Shown: positions 36,950 to 51,879 of the stretch, one piece after another
How positions within the stretch are numbered: position 1 is the stretch's first letter
Layout: each line of letters begins with the position of its first letter
Assembly: GCF_001194135.2 (NCBI RefSeq)
Contig: NC_068981.1
Location: 170,569,604 to 170,633,603 of the forward strand
Reading direction: 5' to 3'
DNA length: 64,000 bases
Origin: Octopus bimaculoides
Lineage: Eukaryota
Made by a program: the position numbers and the translations under genes
The notes under the pieces: model-generated
What the model was told of the DNA's origin: nothing
Seen by the model: only the letters and a program-made list of their open reading frames with translations
Databases searched by the model: none

Positions 36950-37902
36950 ATGGATGTATCTTTCTCTACATTAAGTTTTTGAATTTCTGTAGAACGATTA
37001 GAAAATATGATTCTTTCCACAGTGTGTTGCGTGGTGTGAGTGTACATAGTATATAAATACACGCAGATACACACGCACAAACACACATGGCACTCACACA
37101 CACATGGATATACATATCTGTGTATCTTTGTGTGCCTGTGTTAGTAATATAGTTATATATTCTATGTCCATCAGCGTAGGTACTCTACACTATCTCTTAT
37201 AAAACATATATCCTCAATAATTTGTACGTTTACAAATTAGATATTTTCGACATTTAATGTATTCAGAATATAACAGCGTTGTTGTCGCTTCATACATAAC
37301 TTGACCTGAGATCGTGTGTTAAAATTGCTTCGGTGGAAATGTGATAGCGATGAATCCACAATTATACGCCAAAAATGTTATTACTCGGTGAAATAAACTG
37401 AAATTTCAAGTACATTTAACAGCTGCTTGCTTTATTAGAATGGTTCTTCCGCGAATGAATAATATTTTTACATAGAGATGGGCGCATATGTGGACTATTA
37501 ATGATTCTTTGTAAATATTAAGCCTGTTATATGTTGAACGGATACATGGATTTCTGTATCTCCATTTACCTATATATGTGTATATGGCAACAAAAACCGC
37601 GTTTACAAAATGCGTCCTGAGCTGCTTAGGATATAGATATTGATTCTAAGCATAAATAAAATCCCTTTATCATCAGGAACCAACAAACAATGAGATGTGC
37701 CTAAATCTGATGACGTGAAATATAAAACCATTAGATTTGTAATAAAGGCATTGATATTAAGACAAAAGCAATATTAAAAACAGTAATATTTGCACTATAT
37801 ACAGGTGCACACTTGCTAAATACAGATTATATGTTGTACAAAATCCTTTTATCTCCATTCATTACATGCGGTTGTTAATATATAGATATGTACATACATA
37901 AG

Positions 37903-37966
<64 letters not shown>

Positions 37967-38489
37967 NNNNNNNNNNNNNNNNNNNNNNNNNNNNNNNNNN
38001 NNNNNNNNNNNNNNNNNNNNNNNNNNNNNNNNNNNNNNNNNNNNNNNNNNNNNNNNNNNNNNNNNNNNNNNNNNNNNNNNNNNNNNNNNNNNNNNNNNNN
38101 NNNNNNNNNNNNNNNNNNNNNNNNNNNNNNNNNNNNNNNNNNNNNNNNNNNNNNNNNNNNNNNNNNNNNNNNNNNNNNNNNNNNNNNNNNNNNNNNNNNN
38201 NNNNNNNNNNNNNNNNNNNNNNNNNNNNNNNNNNNNNNNNNNNNNNNNNNNNNNNNNNNNNNNNNNNNNNNNNNNNNNNNNNNNNNNNNNNATAAGAATG
38301 CTTATATATACACGTACGTAAATAAATTTTCTCTGTATACACACACAAACGTATAAATATGGCATATATACATTGTATATATATATGTAGATGAATATAC
38401 ATAGACAGGATGAAGAGAGATAGATGGATAAATAGATAGATAGATGAATAGATACATACATATATGCATGCATAATACATACATAGAAT

Positions 38490-38561
<72 letters not shown>

Positions 38562-40776
38562 TTCACAGATACTGAGAGAAAGGGGACGATAGGAAGGCAG
38601 AGAAGATAGTAATTATTTCATAACAATTTCGACTAACATTAAACGTTTTAATCTGTACGCCTTTAATATTGTGACAACATATAAGCTTGCACATGATTCT
38701 ATGATTCATTTCCACTCAATATTACTTTGAGATATTATTATAGTGTTATCATCTTCATTGCATTACTCATAGTAGCGATTCCTGTATTTACTTTAAAGTT
38801 TCGCTCTTGCTTTGCGCCTGCAAATAATTTTGTTATTACTCAGTTAATCTTTCATGCACATAACCTCTCTTTTTTTTTCATTTTTCTAATCTATTCTTCC
38901 TCTTTCCATTTCATTTTCTTTTTCTTTGAAAACGTAAAATAGCAGAAAAATTATCTTCCTGAGGCAAATTATAGTAAACTACTTCATTTCCGGCGGACAA
39001 GAAACCATTATATCTGAAGTAGAGAAATGAAGGTCAACATGTATCATAGGCCTTCACCCTCTTCACTGATGTCTAAACCAATTTCTCATAATTTCCGGAT
39101 TAGCCACAAGATTTTTGGAAAATATCTACTTGAATATTAATACCTAGAGATATAACAGCCAAACAAATATTTATTGAGATAATCCACAATACATGTTGTA
39201 AGAATATTTGACAAATCAATACCTCAACATTCTCGTCATTTTCTCACATTACTTTCCATGCGAGAATTATAAATGTAAAGTAGATTGTAAATTGATGATA
39301 GGATTTTCAACAAGCTTGCGTATCTCAGCGAATTTATAAGGAATGCAGATATATTCATAGAAGTTGCAAGCTGTATGAGATAAAGTAAATTAAAATGTAT
39401 TTTGGATTGCAAACAAAGTTATATTTGGTAACTTAAAGTGTGATAACGTTTAGTTCCAATATTTTTTATAGGAATACTCTGGTCGAAATTATACCATTCA
39501 TGTTGAAGGACATTGTCTATTTTCGAAAGTTCTTTGATGATTGTGTATGTGCAATCATAAATGAAAACATTTACCTTGTTGAAAGAAAAGCATATTTAAC
39601 CCATTATAGTGCACACAATAAAACAAATATCGTAACTACAGGGAAAAAATATTCCCTTTCTACCAGAAATATTAGATTTACATAGAGGAGCACAATTATT
39701 TTTATGTTAATAAGATCGATAATTAATTAACCTCAACTCACTTTCCGCAAATATTGATCACATCTGTTAATAATAAAAACAGTGTCTTCATTCCACAAAA
39801 CTAATTATCCACTGCGATGATTCCTATTCATAAAACAATATTTTTTTCTATTTCAAAATTACATCAATGCAGTAAAATGAATATGTAAAAACGTCAGTTA
39901 TTCATGGTAGCTTGTTACCTCTGATTTTGTTTTGTTGTAAATTTTATATAAAATGAAACGAAGAGACCGAAGACATTAATGCAGAAATTATTTCATATCA
40001 TTATTCAGCAGATGATATTATTTGTAGAAGTTTGATGCACGTTATATATTAGAAATTTAATTTTATTGTGTATATTAATATAACCCCGGTATTTTATACG
40101 AAGTTCCATCATGTATATAGGAATATTCAGTAACTCAATAAATAAATCAGAATTTACACTGGCTAAACTTTGCAAATATCTATCAACAACATTATCTCTC
40201 CTTATATCCTTATATTCTACCTCCCCATATATCTATATCTGTATACGCATACGTATGAATGTATGATGTATGTAAGTACGTATAGGGAGGTGGAATGAGA
40301 GGTGGAGCGAGAGAGACACAGAGACAGAGAGGTAGAGAAAGATGCACACGCATATTTATATCTAACAAATACAATATAGAAATGAATTATTTTATTTCCA
40401 TTGAGCGCCGCTTTGTACAGATCGATTCTAAGAAGCCCTGAGACCATCCAGATAGTTGTGAATAAATTTAGTAAACAGGAACTGTACGGAATACCACCTT
40501 AAATATGTGTATGTGTACCTCAGTGTCTTTTTGTATGTTTGTCTCTCAGCGCTTCGCAAGAGTTGAAGCTTTTCTTACGTCTGTAAACTAACCGTTCGGT
40601 AATGTAAACCTATAAAATAACAAGCAGAAAAAAACTCAGGTATTATGGCCAAAGTGTTCGAATTGAGCTTTTAAGTCTCGAACTCAATATGCGTACAAAG
40701 TAGATCAATAAATAAAGAGAGCAAAAAAGTGTGCACTCGTGTGCTTATGTATGTACATGTATGTACATGTATATAC

Positions 40777-40843
<67 letters not shown>

Positions 40844-41640
40844 CATAGATAGATAGATAGATAGATAGATAGAGAGATAGATAGATAGATAGAAGGAGAG
40901 ATATCGGTATGCTCATGTAACCTATATAGAGCACCTATATAAACAGGGCTGATTTGGCTGTTTCTTCGTAGATTCCAGAATGTAACTTCAGATATGTAGG
41001 CTTAATTTGTATACCGCAAGTTTGGACACTTTATTCTTTAAATATCAGGGCCTGTGAATGGGAATCTCAGTCGACACTGTCTCAAATTATGTTATAATTC
41101 CTTTAATGTATATATACCTATATAAGCAGGGGTGACTTAGCTGTTTCTCCGAAGACGGAATATATACATACATACATACATACATACATACATACAGATT
41201 GAGGAACACGGTTAAAATTCAGGCCACATGTTTCCTAGCCAGTAGATACTCTGATATAAAAAATTATTACACAAGTAGGGGCACTCAGGTATCTACTCAT
41301 ATTCGAAGATATAATTTGAAATTACATTTTTGGCGAGTTACCTTGAGATTCCTTAACGACAATGTAACCTTCATATACTTAAGGTATTTTGGGCCTGATG
41401 ATAGGCCAGCTGAGTCCCCTCGTTCGGTAATGCTTATCTCAGAGGATCTGCTTGCTAGGAAACCTATGTAGCCTGAAATTTTGGATTTTTATTCGCATTC
41501 ATAGCGATTGAAGTTGCTAACATTAAGCTATAAATATTTTTGCTTGTTTTCAGTTTATAGAACTGAGATATGGGTAAAGCTTACTTCCCTCAGGCTGCTT
41601 GAAGCTTACAGATTTCTACACTTAAAACCTTGGTTCTTAA

Positions 41641-41678
<38 letters not shown>

Positions 41679-44152
41679 CAACCAATTACAAAGAATCCGA
41701 TGACTGGCACATCTTCAAATGAATTTTTAATGTCACAGTTAGTCATACAGCCTAAAGTGACCGACATGTGTTTCTGCTGCACAACATACAGTTGTGCATA
41801 CAACCCAGCATAATCTGCAGTGCCCCTAAATTCAGGTTATTTCCACAAGCATGGTTCGAAGTGATCTCAGTTTATTTACTCGTGGCAACTTGATTTCTTT
41901 ATTGTACACTGTTAAAGATACAAATGAAAGCGATGTAAGACACGCTGAAATTTGATACGGCTTTAAACCTATTTCTGAGCTAACCTCCAGTTGACACCAA
42001 TTCAGGGCGAAAGTGAGAGTTTTATAAAAATGAAATTAGGTCAAAGTATATCTCATTGTTCCAATAGACTTTGTCTTAGCGTTTATCTGGTATACGTGCT
42101 AGTGAATCCATAGCTGGGACCTTAACAGATGCTACTACTCGGGGTCAATGAATCCCCCAGGAGCAATAATAGCAAAGAGGTGGTCCCGCACTGCTCAAAA
42201 CTCTGGGATTGCCATATCAGGGCCTCCATTAGCAGTTTATTGCTATATCTAAACCATACATACATATAAACATACGTATGTATGTATGTATGTATGTATA
42301 TATGTATGTATGTGTGTATGTATGTACACATGCATACACTCATGAACATTCCCAGATGAACACCATTCACATTATATATGAAGATATATTCGAAAGAAGT
42401 GGAATATTTTTATAATTATGTCAGAATCTCTTTTCGTTTATTTATTTATTTATTCATTCATTTTGTCATCGAGGAAAGCTATCACCTAATTGATAAATAT
42501 TGAAATGTGCATAGATAATTTAAATGGATGAAAAACATTGTTTGAATTCATTGATAACAAAATTCCTTTCTTGACTGTATGCACATTGTTCATAAATAAA
42601 TGAAACTAAAAGCAAGAGGATAAGTTTTAAAAAAACAATAATCGAAAAATAAATCATGGAAGACAATGAAAAAATATAATATTGGCATTCTAATGTCTAC
42701 TTTTCTGTCCATATTATTTGAACCTGTCGATTAGTAAGTTTAATGTATGGAAAAATGTTCTGCAAGTAGCCATTAAATATGTATAACATGTAACAACTGG
42801 AAACCCGACCATGTGTTGTTTGTAGTTGAAATGTAGATACAAATTGGCGATCCGCCAGATTCGCAGATAAAACAAGACAAATCTTGATTAACTCGCTCGT
42901 CCACACCCACAAGAAAAACGGCTTCTAATAAGAACAAAATAAAAATAATGACAAAAATACTAACAATTCGGTGGAATAAGCCGTTAATTCGTCACTTTGA
43001 GTGTTTTCTGTAGAATCTAGATTTTTAAATACCCTCTATCGAATGCTTTAGAGAGTCAAATTTATATTTAATCCTTGCGTTGGTCGATAAAATACACACC
43101 GGTCACGAAATAAATTATACTGCAGTTTGGCAAAATTTGCAGCTTTTTCCCAATTTAAAAATACTAAATTCATGCCTCAATAATATTTTCTAACATACGT
43201 TTCACGAAACAGAGTGGATGATGAGTTTAATTTAATAATGTATTTTATTTAAACTACGGATGACTGGTAATTATTTAATCTACGTTGAAGTTTGAAATTT
43301 AAAGTCAATGTAATTGGAATATTGCTTCAGGAGATAAATGTGAGAAATATTGATTTAAACATTGTAGATTATTTAAACCACGATATTGTTACTCTGCACC
43401 ATCTATAATGAGAGTGTGCAAACTTGGAAGCCTTAAGTAGTCGCTCGATCTGCTAGAAGTAGCAATCAAATCTCCTTAGTTTTATATCCTAGCGTCATAA
43501 AATTAGAATCATCGTATAATGGGGAGCGGATTTCCCTACGAATACGAAAAATTACAGTTATAACTGAAGATATTTTTATCACATGCCGGGTGGCATGAGA
43601 GTAAACATTAGCAACACCAACAACAACAATGACGATCTGAAAAATAGCGAATGTAGTCGGTCGAATTCATGAAAGAATATAGCATATATTAATGAAATCG
43701 TGCTCTACAGTAAACAAGAAACACTACATTGAGTAATTTCGTTGCAAACATAACTTTAAAACAGCTAATTCCTAAGATACAATGGAAGAAATGATCATTC
43801 GGTAGTGAGAATCTCTGAACGTTTCTTTTTTAAATATGTGGTTTGTCGATTGATATGTTCACTGTAATATATTTGTTGCAAATTGCCATTAAATGTGCAC
43901 AGCATATAACAATCCGGGTTGACAGTGGTCTAAACAACGGCAACAGCAAAAACAATAGTATAGACAACAGGATATTCTCAAATTCTATTCTATATCGCAT
44001 TAATAATATACATTAAATTGATGGAGTTTCACATCAGAAAACAAAGGGATTTAGATTAATATATTAAACAGTTGTTGTCAACAATTTCACTAATTCTACT
44101 GCCATACTGTTCTGTGAACACGAAGAAAAGGTCGAATGCGAAACATTATATG

Positions 44153-44370
44153 CTCTTTTACACTTTACTCTTTTACTTGTTTCAGTCATTTGACTGCGGC
44201 CATGCTGTAGCATCGCCTTTAGTCGAGAAAATCGACCCCAGGACTTTGTAAGCATAGTACTTATTCTATCGGTCTCTTATTGCCGAACCGCTAAGTTACG
44301 GGGACGCAAACACACCAGCATCGGTTGTCAAGATATGGTGGGGGACAAACAGACACACAAACACACATAC

Positions 44371-44403
<33 letters not shown>

Positions 44404-44566
44404 CGACGGGCTTCTTTCAGTTTTCGTCAGCCAAATCCACTCACAAGGCTTTGGTCGGCCCGAGGCTATAGTAGAAGACACTTGCCCAAGGTGCCACGCA
44501 GTGGGACTGAACCCGGAACCATGTAGTTGGTAAGCAAGCTACTTACCACACAGCCACTCCTGCGCC
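44153..44566 (-). mobile_element. Full-length tRNA-derived SINE family A
   Basis: Minus strand: GGCGCAGGAGTGGCTGTGTGGTAAG (A box), GGTTCCGGGTTCAGTCCC (B box), ACCTTGGGCAAGTGTCTT (CORE-like), internal (TA)n(TG)n, tail ending in (TAAAAGAG)-like repeats. Confidence 0.9.
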
Positions 44567-45301
44567 TATATTATAGTTTGTGTTTTGATGTAGCAAGTGC
44601 TTTTATCGCATATTCGTACAACAATTACTTTACTGATAGCAATAACAAAAATATGAAACCTTTAAACAAATCTAGTGTTACAATAGAATTTATTGTCATC
44701 AGCTCTAAGCTTTAGGCTTACACAAATTTATTATTACAAGGTTCGTACGCAATTGTTATTTCTGATGTGGTTCTACTATTCTTATTTAAAGTTCGGTGTT
44801 CGGTACATATTTAGAGTTCGCTGTCCTGTAAACCAACATTAATAGCCTACATATCTTATATAAAAAAAAGTCAGCTATTTCAGAAGAATGCAAAATAGAT
44901 CATAAAAATTATAAACGTTGTATTTTAAAGAGATGGAGATAAAATTGGAAAATACACGGCAAATCAGTGACCCCACATCTCTTTTATTAAGTTAATTGAC
45001 TTCAGGTAACCAACAGTTCCTATATGAAAGACGCAGATAAAAGAAACGCAAAAAGTAAAAAAAGAAAAAGAAATACAACAAGCAGAATGACAACAGAAGA
45101 ACTAATTGAAATTATATTCGTAATGAAGTTTTGTTTCTATAAAAGAAGCAAGAAAAAAAAAAGAAAAGAAAGAATGAATATTAAGGAAAAGTAATTATCA
45201 GAAATTGTTCGTAATGTCTTAGTAAATATCTAAAGAGAAAAGACAAACGTTCTCGCACTGACTTACACATACTCACGCACACCACACACGCACACACACA
45301 G

Positions 45302-45353
<52 letters not shown>

Positions 45354-46249
45354 NNNNNNNNNNNNNNNNNNNNNNNNNNNNNNNNNNNNNNNNNNNNNNN
45401 NNNNNNNNNNNNNNNNNNNNNNNNNNNNNNNNNNNNNNNNNNNNNNNNNNNNNNNNNNNNNNNNNNNNNNNNNNNNNNNNNNNNNNNNNNNNNNNNNNNN
45501 NNNNNNNNNNNNNNNNNNNNNNNNNNNNNNNNNNNNNNNNNNNNNNNNNNNNNNNNNNNNNNNNNNNNNNNNNNNNNNNNNNNNNNNNNNNNNNNNNNNN
45601 NNNNNNNNNNNNNNNNNNNNNNNNNNNNNNNNNNNNNNNNNNNNNNNNNNNNNNNNNNNNNNNNNNNNNNNNNNNNNNNNNNNNNNNNNNNNNNNNNNNN
45701 NNNNNNNNNNNNNNNNNNNNNNNNNNNNNNNNNNNNNNNNNNNNNNNNNNNNNNNNNNNNNNNNNNNNNNNNNNNNNNNNNNNNNNNNNNNNNNNNNNNN
45801 NNNNNNNNNNNNNNNNNNNNNNNNNNNNNNNNNNNNNNNNNNNNNNNNNNNNNNNNNNNNNNNNNNNNNNNNNNNNNNNNNNNNNNNNNNNNNNNNNNNN
45901 NNNNNNNNNNNNNNNNNNNNNNNNNNNNNNNNNNNNNNNNNNNNNNNNNNNNNNNNNNNNNNNNNNNNNNNNNNNNNNNNNNNNNNNNNNNNNNNNNNNN
46001 NNNNNNNNNNNNNNNNNNNNNNNNNNNNNNNNNNNNNNNNNNNNNNNNNNNNNNNNNNNNNNNNNNNNNNNNNNNNNNNNNNNNNNNNNNNNNNNNNNNN
46101 NNNNNNNNNNNNNNNNNNNNNNNNNNNNNNNNNNNNNNNNNNNNNNNNNNNNNNNNNNNNNNNNNNNNNNNNNNNNNNNNNNNNNNNNNNNNNNNNNNNN
46201 NNNNNNNNNNNNNNNNNNNNNNNNNNNNNNNNNNNNNNNNNNNNNNNNN

Positions 46250-46281
<32 letters not shown>

Positions 46282-47013
46282 ACACACACATGTATGGATG
46301 TATATATCAGGAAAATTCTATGTGTAAATACCGCAATCAGCATGATAGATCACACAGTATATTGTCACCGCAAACGCCTTAAATTAAATGACAATAGTGC
46401 TATTTCGAAAACTCATAGAAGATAAAATATGCCTCTAAATATTAGCTTAATTAACAGAGAAGCAATTTTGCACACACTGAATTTTGAAAGAGTCAGAGAG
46501 GGGCTCCAAAATGTCAAGCTAAGTGATTGAAATAGTGGGTACATCTTCCTCAAACAACACCCAAACAAGAGGAAAATTATCAGCTGTCAGGGTGAATTCA
46601 GATATGAAACAAATTAACACCATTATAAATACAAGCAATATAACGGTACACCTCTTCTCATTTTCTTATTCATAACAAGAAATTAATGCATTCCAGAGGT
46701 GTACTCAATCGCGTAATTTTAATATCATAATATATAGGTTATTCATTAAAGCTCAAAACAACAGAGGAATTGTGACCGTTAAATATGAAAATATTTGCTT
46801 AATTCTGAAAGCCATGCGTTATATTTCCATTTTTATAATTAAAAGGAAATCATTTACATTTATATGATTTAGTTTGAGCTTCACACAAAGGAAACGCAAA
46901 CAGGGAAGTATTATTTTAGTCCTGTTTGGAAGAGCCTAAGTTACCAGCTCAAACAGCAGCTAATAGATATATGATTAAATCAATATATAGATGTGCATCT
47001 ATAGACATCTATA

Positions 47014-48199
47014 CAGGGGTTCGATAAAATAATGGAAACACCTTAAAATTCCAAACAAATTTATTTTGATATGGGGAAGGAGCGACTTTGGCAGTAATTA
47101 CAGCTTGAATTCTACGAGTCATGGACTCAAACAAAGTTTGAGTTGTTTTCAAATGAATTTTTGTCCATTTTCAGCTGAAACTGTCTCCAGTTCTTGTAGT
47201 GATCATGGTGGAGGATATCGACTCCGTACTTGTTTTTCTAAAATGCACCATAAATGTTCAAATAAGATGGAGATATGAGGACTGTGGCGGCCAGATAATA
47301 TATCCTACTTCACCAGAATGTTCCTCATGCAATTCAGTAACAACTTTAGCTGTGTGAATTGGTGCATTATCATCCTGAAAGATTGCGTTCCCTCCAGAAA
47401 CAGTTACGCAAACATAGGATGAATTTGATCAGATGAAATATTTAAATGGACTTGGCTAGTAATTCTGCCATGAAAGGAAGCCATTGGGCCGGCGGATTTC
47501 CAAGATAAAGCCCCCTAGATCATCACAGATCCTCCTCCATGATTAAAAGTTAGAAGAAGGCAGTCTGGGTCAAATGCTTCTTTTGGCTGTCTCCACACCT
47601 ATACTCGGCTAGTGGTCGGAAATAAGGTAAAAGACTTGTTCGAGAAAATAATATTCTTCCACTGCTCTATGGACCAATTCTGTAGGTTTTTATTCCACTC
47701 TAATTGGTTTGCAACATTTGGTTTTGAAAGTAGTGGTTTCTGATTGCAGACCTACCGGCTAACAGCTTTTGTGGAAACTGGGTTCGCGAAGTGGTCATTA
47801 AGCTCTGCAGTAATTTTGGGGGCTGCACTGTTATGATCCTTTTTAACAATTAGCTTAAGAGTCCGACGGTTCCTCTCTGAAAGTATTGGTTTTCTTCAGG
47901 AGTTTTTTTTTTGTTTTTTTTTTCGATGATGAGGTTTTTCCCTCTTTCTCAAAGGCTGTCATAATTTTCGCGACAGAACGCCCTCTTTGAAAGTCCGATA
48001 GGTCTGTCATTTTAATGAATTTTAATAGCCTTTTTCTCATTATATCTGAAAAGAAACAGCAATGTTAGCAAAACATATTCAGCAACACTAATAATAAAAC
48101 AAAAAATATAAAAATAAACAAGCTTTTGACTGTTTCGTAGATATTTCAAAACTATGTTGCAATGAAGCTAGATGTTTCCATTATTTTGTCCAATTCCTG
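47014..48199 (-). mobile_element. Tc1-like (DD34E) transposon, internally deleted, both TIRs recognisable
   Basis: Left TA+CAGGGGTTCGATAAAATAATGGAAACACCT pairs with right AGATGTTTCCATTATTTTGTCCAATTCCTG. Minus frames give AIFQDDNAPIHTAK and WPPQSSYLHL.(E)HLWCILEK. Confidence 0.85.
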
Positions 48200-48383
48200 A
48201 ATATAAGATCCATACACACATACATCCGCACGAACCCATATATATGTTGTATTGATTGCTTAGATGTATTCCTTCTATAATTTCTCTTATCCTTCGATTT
48301 AGCTCGCAATGACCATTCCTTAATACAGCACATATTCTGTGAAGTATACTTAAAAACATACTTTATAAGAAAATTCAATTTGA

Positions 48384-48573
48384 CCTCCCACTCAGTATCG
48401 CTTGACAACCCATGCTGGTGTGTTTATGTCCTCGTAACATTTTCGGTTCGGCAAAAGTGACCGAGAGAATACGTACTAGGCTTAAAAAGAATAAGCTCTG
48501 TGGCAAATTTGCTCGACTAAAGGGACTGCACTAGCATAGCCGCAGTCAAATGACTGAAACAATTAAAAGAATA
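48384..48573 (+). mobile_element. 3' half of SINE family A
   Basis: CGCTTGACAACC.ATGCTGGTGTGTTTATGTCC.CGTAAC...GCCGCAGTCAAATGACTGAAAC. Confidence 0.8.
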
Positions 48574-49307
48574 TATATAGATACATAGATAGATAATTGA
48601 ATAAGTTTGAGTCAACAAGAAGGTGTACAGAGGAAGATTTATTTGTAATGACTACAATCGTTTCCACGCAATGTATTTCTCCAGGTTCACGGGTTTTGCT
48701 TTTGTAACCTTTTCTCTGCATTATGAGATCTGGTTATGTGATATGTAAATATTGTTTCAGTAATCTCTGATTCCTGGCTTCAAGCTCATTCTTTCTGCCT
48801 ATCGTGGCCTGCGAGGTAGTAAGTACTCGATGTATCAAAAAATGTTTTGTAGTTGAAAGTCTGTTGGTGAACTGCTTTAAATGAGTAATTGGAGTAGGAT
48901 GGTGATTATGCTATAGATGGTAGGTTTTGAGGTTCATATTAAAAGAAATACCATTCTATTTCTTTGTGTTAATTTATACTTCATGGTCAGTTATGCTTGT
49001 CATTGTACTTCCCTGACATTCAAGAATTCACCGATCATTCAGTTGATGAACGTTCATGCATATTTACATTATTCTAGATAGATCTATAGATCTACATATA
49101 TACATACCCATATATACACATATATTCTCTCACACACATATACGTACTCATGCAGGGAGACGCACACATACGCTCACACACACAGACACAAACACATTCA
49201 CACACACACAAACACATACACACAGGCATATATATAAATATATGTGTGTGTGTGTGTGTGCGTGTGTGTGTGTGTGTGATTGTGTATGTATATGTATTTA
49301 TATATAT

Positions 49308-49359
<52 letters not shown>

Positions 49360-49376
49360 NNNNNNNNNNTATATAT

Positions 49377-49456
<80 letters not shown>

Positions 49457-50424
49457 GCACATACGTACACACACATGCAAATATATGAACATGTACAAAT
49501 ACGTACATACACAGGAACAAATAAATTCTCCTCTGCACTTCATGTTGATTCAAACTTATTCACTGATCAATCCACGCAATACTGAAGCCCCAGATACGTA
49601 ATACTATTGCTGGATAGCACCAGGCGAAATCAAACGGTGGACGACCTTTATACTGTACTCTACTATGTTCTTAACAGAATATAACCTAATAATATAACCT
49701 AACAATATATATATNNNNNNNNNNNNNNNNNNNNNNNNNNNNNNNNNNNNNNNNNNNNNNNNNNNNNNNNNNNNNNNNNNNNNNNNNNNNNNNNNNNNNN
49801 NNNNNNNNNNNNNNNNNNNNNNNNNNNNNNNNNNNNNNNNNNNNNNNNNNNNNNNNNNNNNNNNNNNNNNNNNNATATATACATATATATATATATTTGC
49901 ATGTATGTATGTATGCATTCAAATATGATCTATGCGCTTCCATTGGTGACTAGTAAATCACAGTCTTGCCTAGTGATATCCGTAAACAAAATGTCTGTTT
50001 TAAGCTGACGAGTAAATTTTTAATGGCTGCAAATGTGTACCATAAAAAATTAGAACGTTTATATAAATAAAGAAAATTGTACAGTATAAACGTCTTTTCC
50101 AATTCTAAATGTGAAGCTACAATCTTTGAACATTGCTAGTTTATATATGATTTTCGTGACGTTTAATTTTTTTCTTTTTTTTTTTTTGCTTCATGCATGA
50201 AAAACTGCAGGCCAGTGTATTTATTATATGGTGTCCTTTGTACCAATTTACATGATCGGCTTCAGAAAACAAACACGATGTTAAGGGAAATATTTGCCAT
50301 CACCTCAATTATTTCATTCTAGTTCCTCTTCCTTCCTACACATCGTTCACACCTTCGTGCTGGCAGTATATATATATATATATATAGCCAGTATACACGT
50401 ATGAGAGGAATAGAAAATGGAATT

Positions 50425-50711
50425 CAAGAGATTCATTATTAATCACTACGATCGTTTCGACACATCGGGCACCGGTACCTTGCTGGTGAGGGGCAACACA
50501 CAAGCAACCGTTTGAGTTGCATCATCCGGAGCAGATGAGATTCGTCAAGGGACATTTTTAAAGGCACCCTGCTCATTAAATTCGGTTTCGCTTAGTTTGA
50601 TCATAATACATTTCGTAATTTACCGGTAGCTGGTTCTGTACAAAGGTGATCACCCGCAAGGAACCGATGCAGGAAGGGTCGAAACGATCGCAGTGATTAA
50701 TAAAAATCTTG
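50425..50711. repeat. ~290 bp segment bounded by ~65 bp imperfect inverted repeats
   Basis: AATCACTACGATCGTTTCGAC (50441-50461) pairs with GTCGAAACGATCGCAGTGATT (50678-50698); weaker similarity extends both ways. Confidence 0.8.
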
Positions 50712-50949
50712 TTAATTTCACCTTTTCTTTCTTTCATATGTTATATACTCGACTAATACGACGGAATTCCTGAAGTAAATTCAGTGATATACGTACTGTT
50801 TGATGATTGGGAACGTGCTCTAAACGGCATACTACCATGTTATACCCAGCTTTAAAATTTTTACTCAACCATATACATATATATACAAAGATATGACATA
50901 TTTGTGTATGCGTTTTAACATGGAGAGTATGTTCTAAATGCGTCATCCA

Positions 50950-51200
50950 TCCCGTTTTGATAAAGAACAGGTACTGCCGTATTTTGGGAGTCAAATGAGC
51001 ACTGGCTACTTAATATTTTGTCAAAAGATATTTACACAGAAATGGGGTAGGTGTTTTCAAGAAGCACCTTGAACTTTTATTGTCCAAGATCTCAGAGAAA
51101 CATACAAACAGCATCAGGGCAAGAAATTCCAACGCATCAATCTCCCTTAATGACCAAAGGCCAAGCATATGAGAATGGTCGTAGAAAAGGAGATGGCATT
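50950..51200 (+). mobile_element. 3' fragment of a CR1-superfamily LINE ORF2
   Basis: LLNILSKDIY..GVGVFKKHLELLLSKI...RARNSN..LNDQ resembles the recalled LFN.LP..IR...FK..LD..L..IPD.P..RA..NSL.DQ C-terminus. Confidence 0.5.
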
Positions 51201-51879
51201 GGCAATACCCCAGTAATGCAAACATTAGTATGAAATGCATGAGTGTATACACGAAAATATATCATAGGCTACCAGTGACCACTATTTTCTTCCTTTCTTG
51301 TAAGGAAAATTGAAGTAGACTTGCACATTCTTTTGCTTTTCTTTTTGGAACTTATCCGAGTGCCGGATTTAATCTTCTTTCTTTAAACCACATCTGCAGA
51401 GGCCCTCACTTTTGTAGGCGAAATTAGAATTTGCAAATCCAGATTGACATTGACTAGATGTAACTGAAAATTAATTAAATAAACTTATTGATTATGCGTC
51501 TTGTATTCAACCGACCACAATACAATTACATTTGTAAACGTGAATTTATAAACAGAGAAAAATTAAACTATTATCATTTCGGCATATTCTTCCACTCCTA
51601 AGGATAAAAATTATACATAAGCAACGTTTTCGACCGTTGCGGTGAGTTCCACGATTACACCAATAGAAGCAGCATTATATGTACAAAATGCACATGATAT
51701 TACTTGTATATAGTTGCAACATATCATCCTGAAACGACAATATACCATCATGAAAATTGAGTGACAAGTTAGATAATGATCCCGTCTGGTGTATCTTTGA
51801 TCATGAATATGGACAATGAGAGATGACTTGAAGTAAAACGCCAACGTCACCATCAATACAATTGCCACCAACGCAACGA

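Noticed and set aside
37707-37720. CTGATGA-CGT-GAAA hammerhead core-like string
   Set aside because: Helix I and helix II cannot form; chance match.
41394-41430. CTGATGA followed by GGCC stem-like sequence
   Set aside because: There is no downstream GAAA or helix III.
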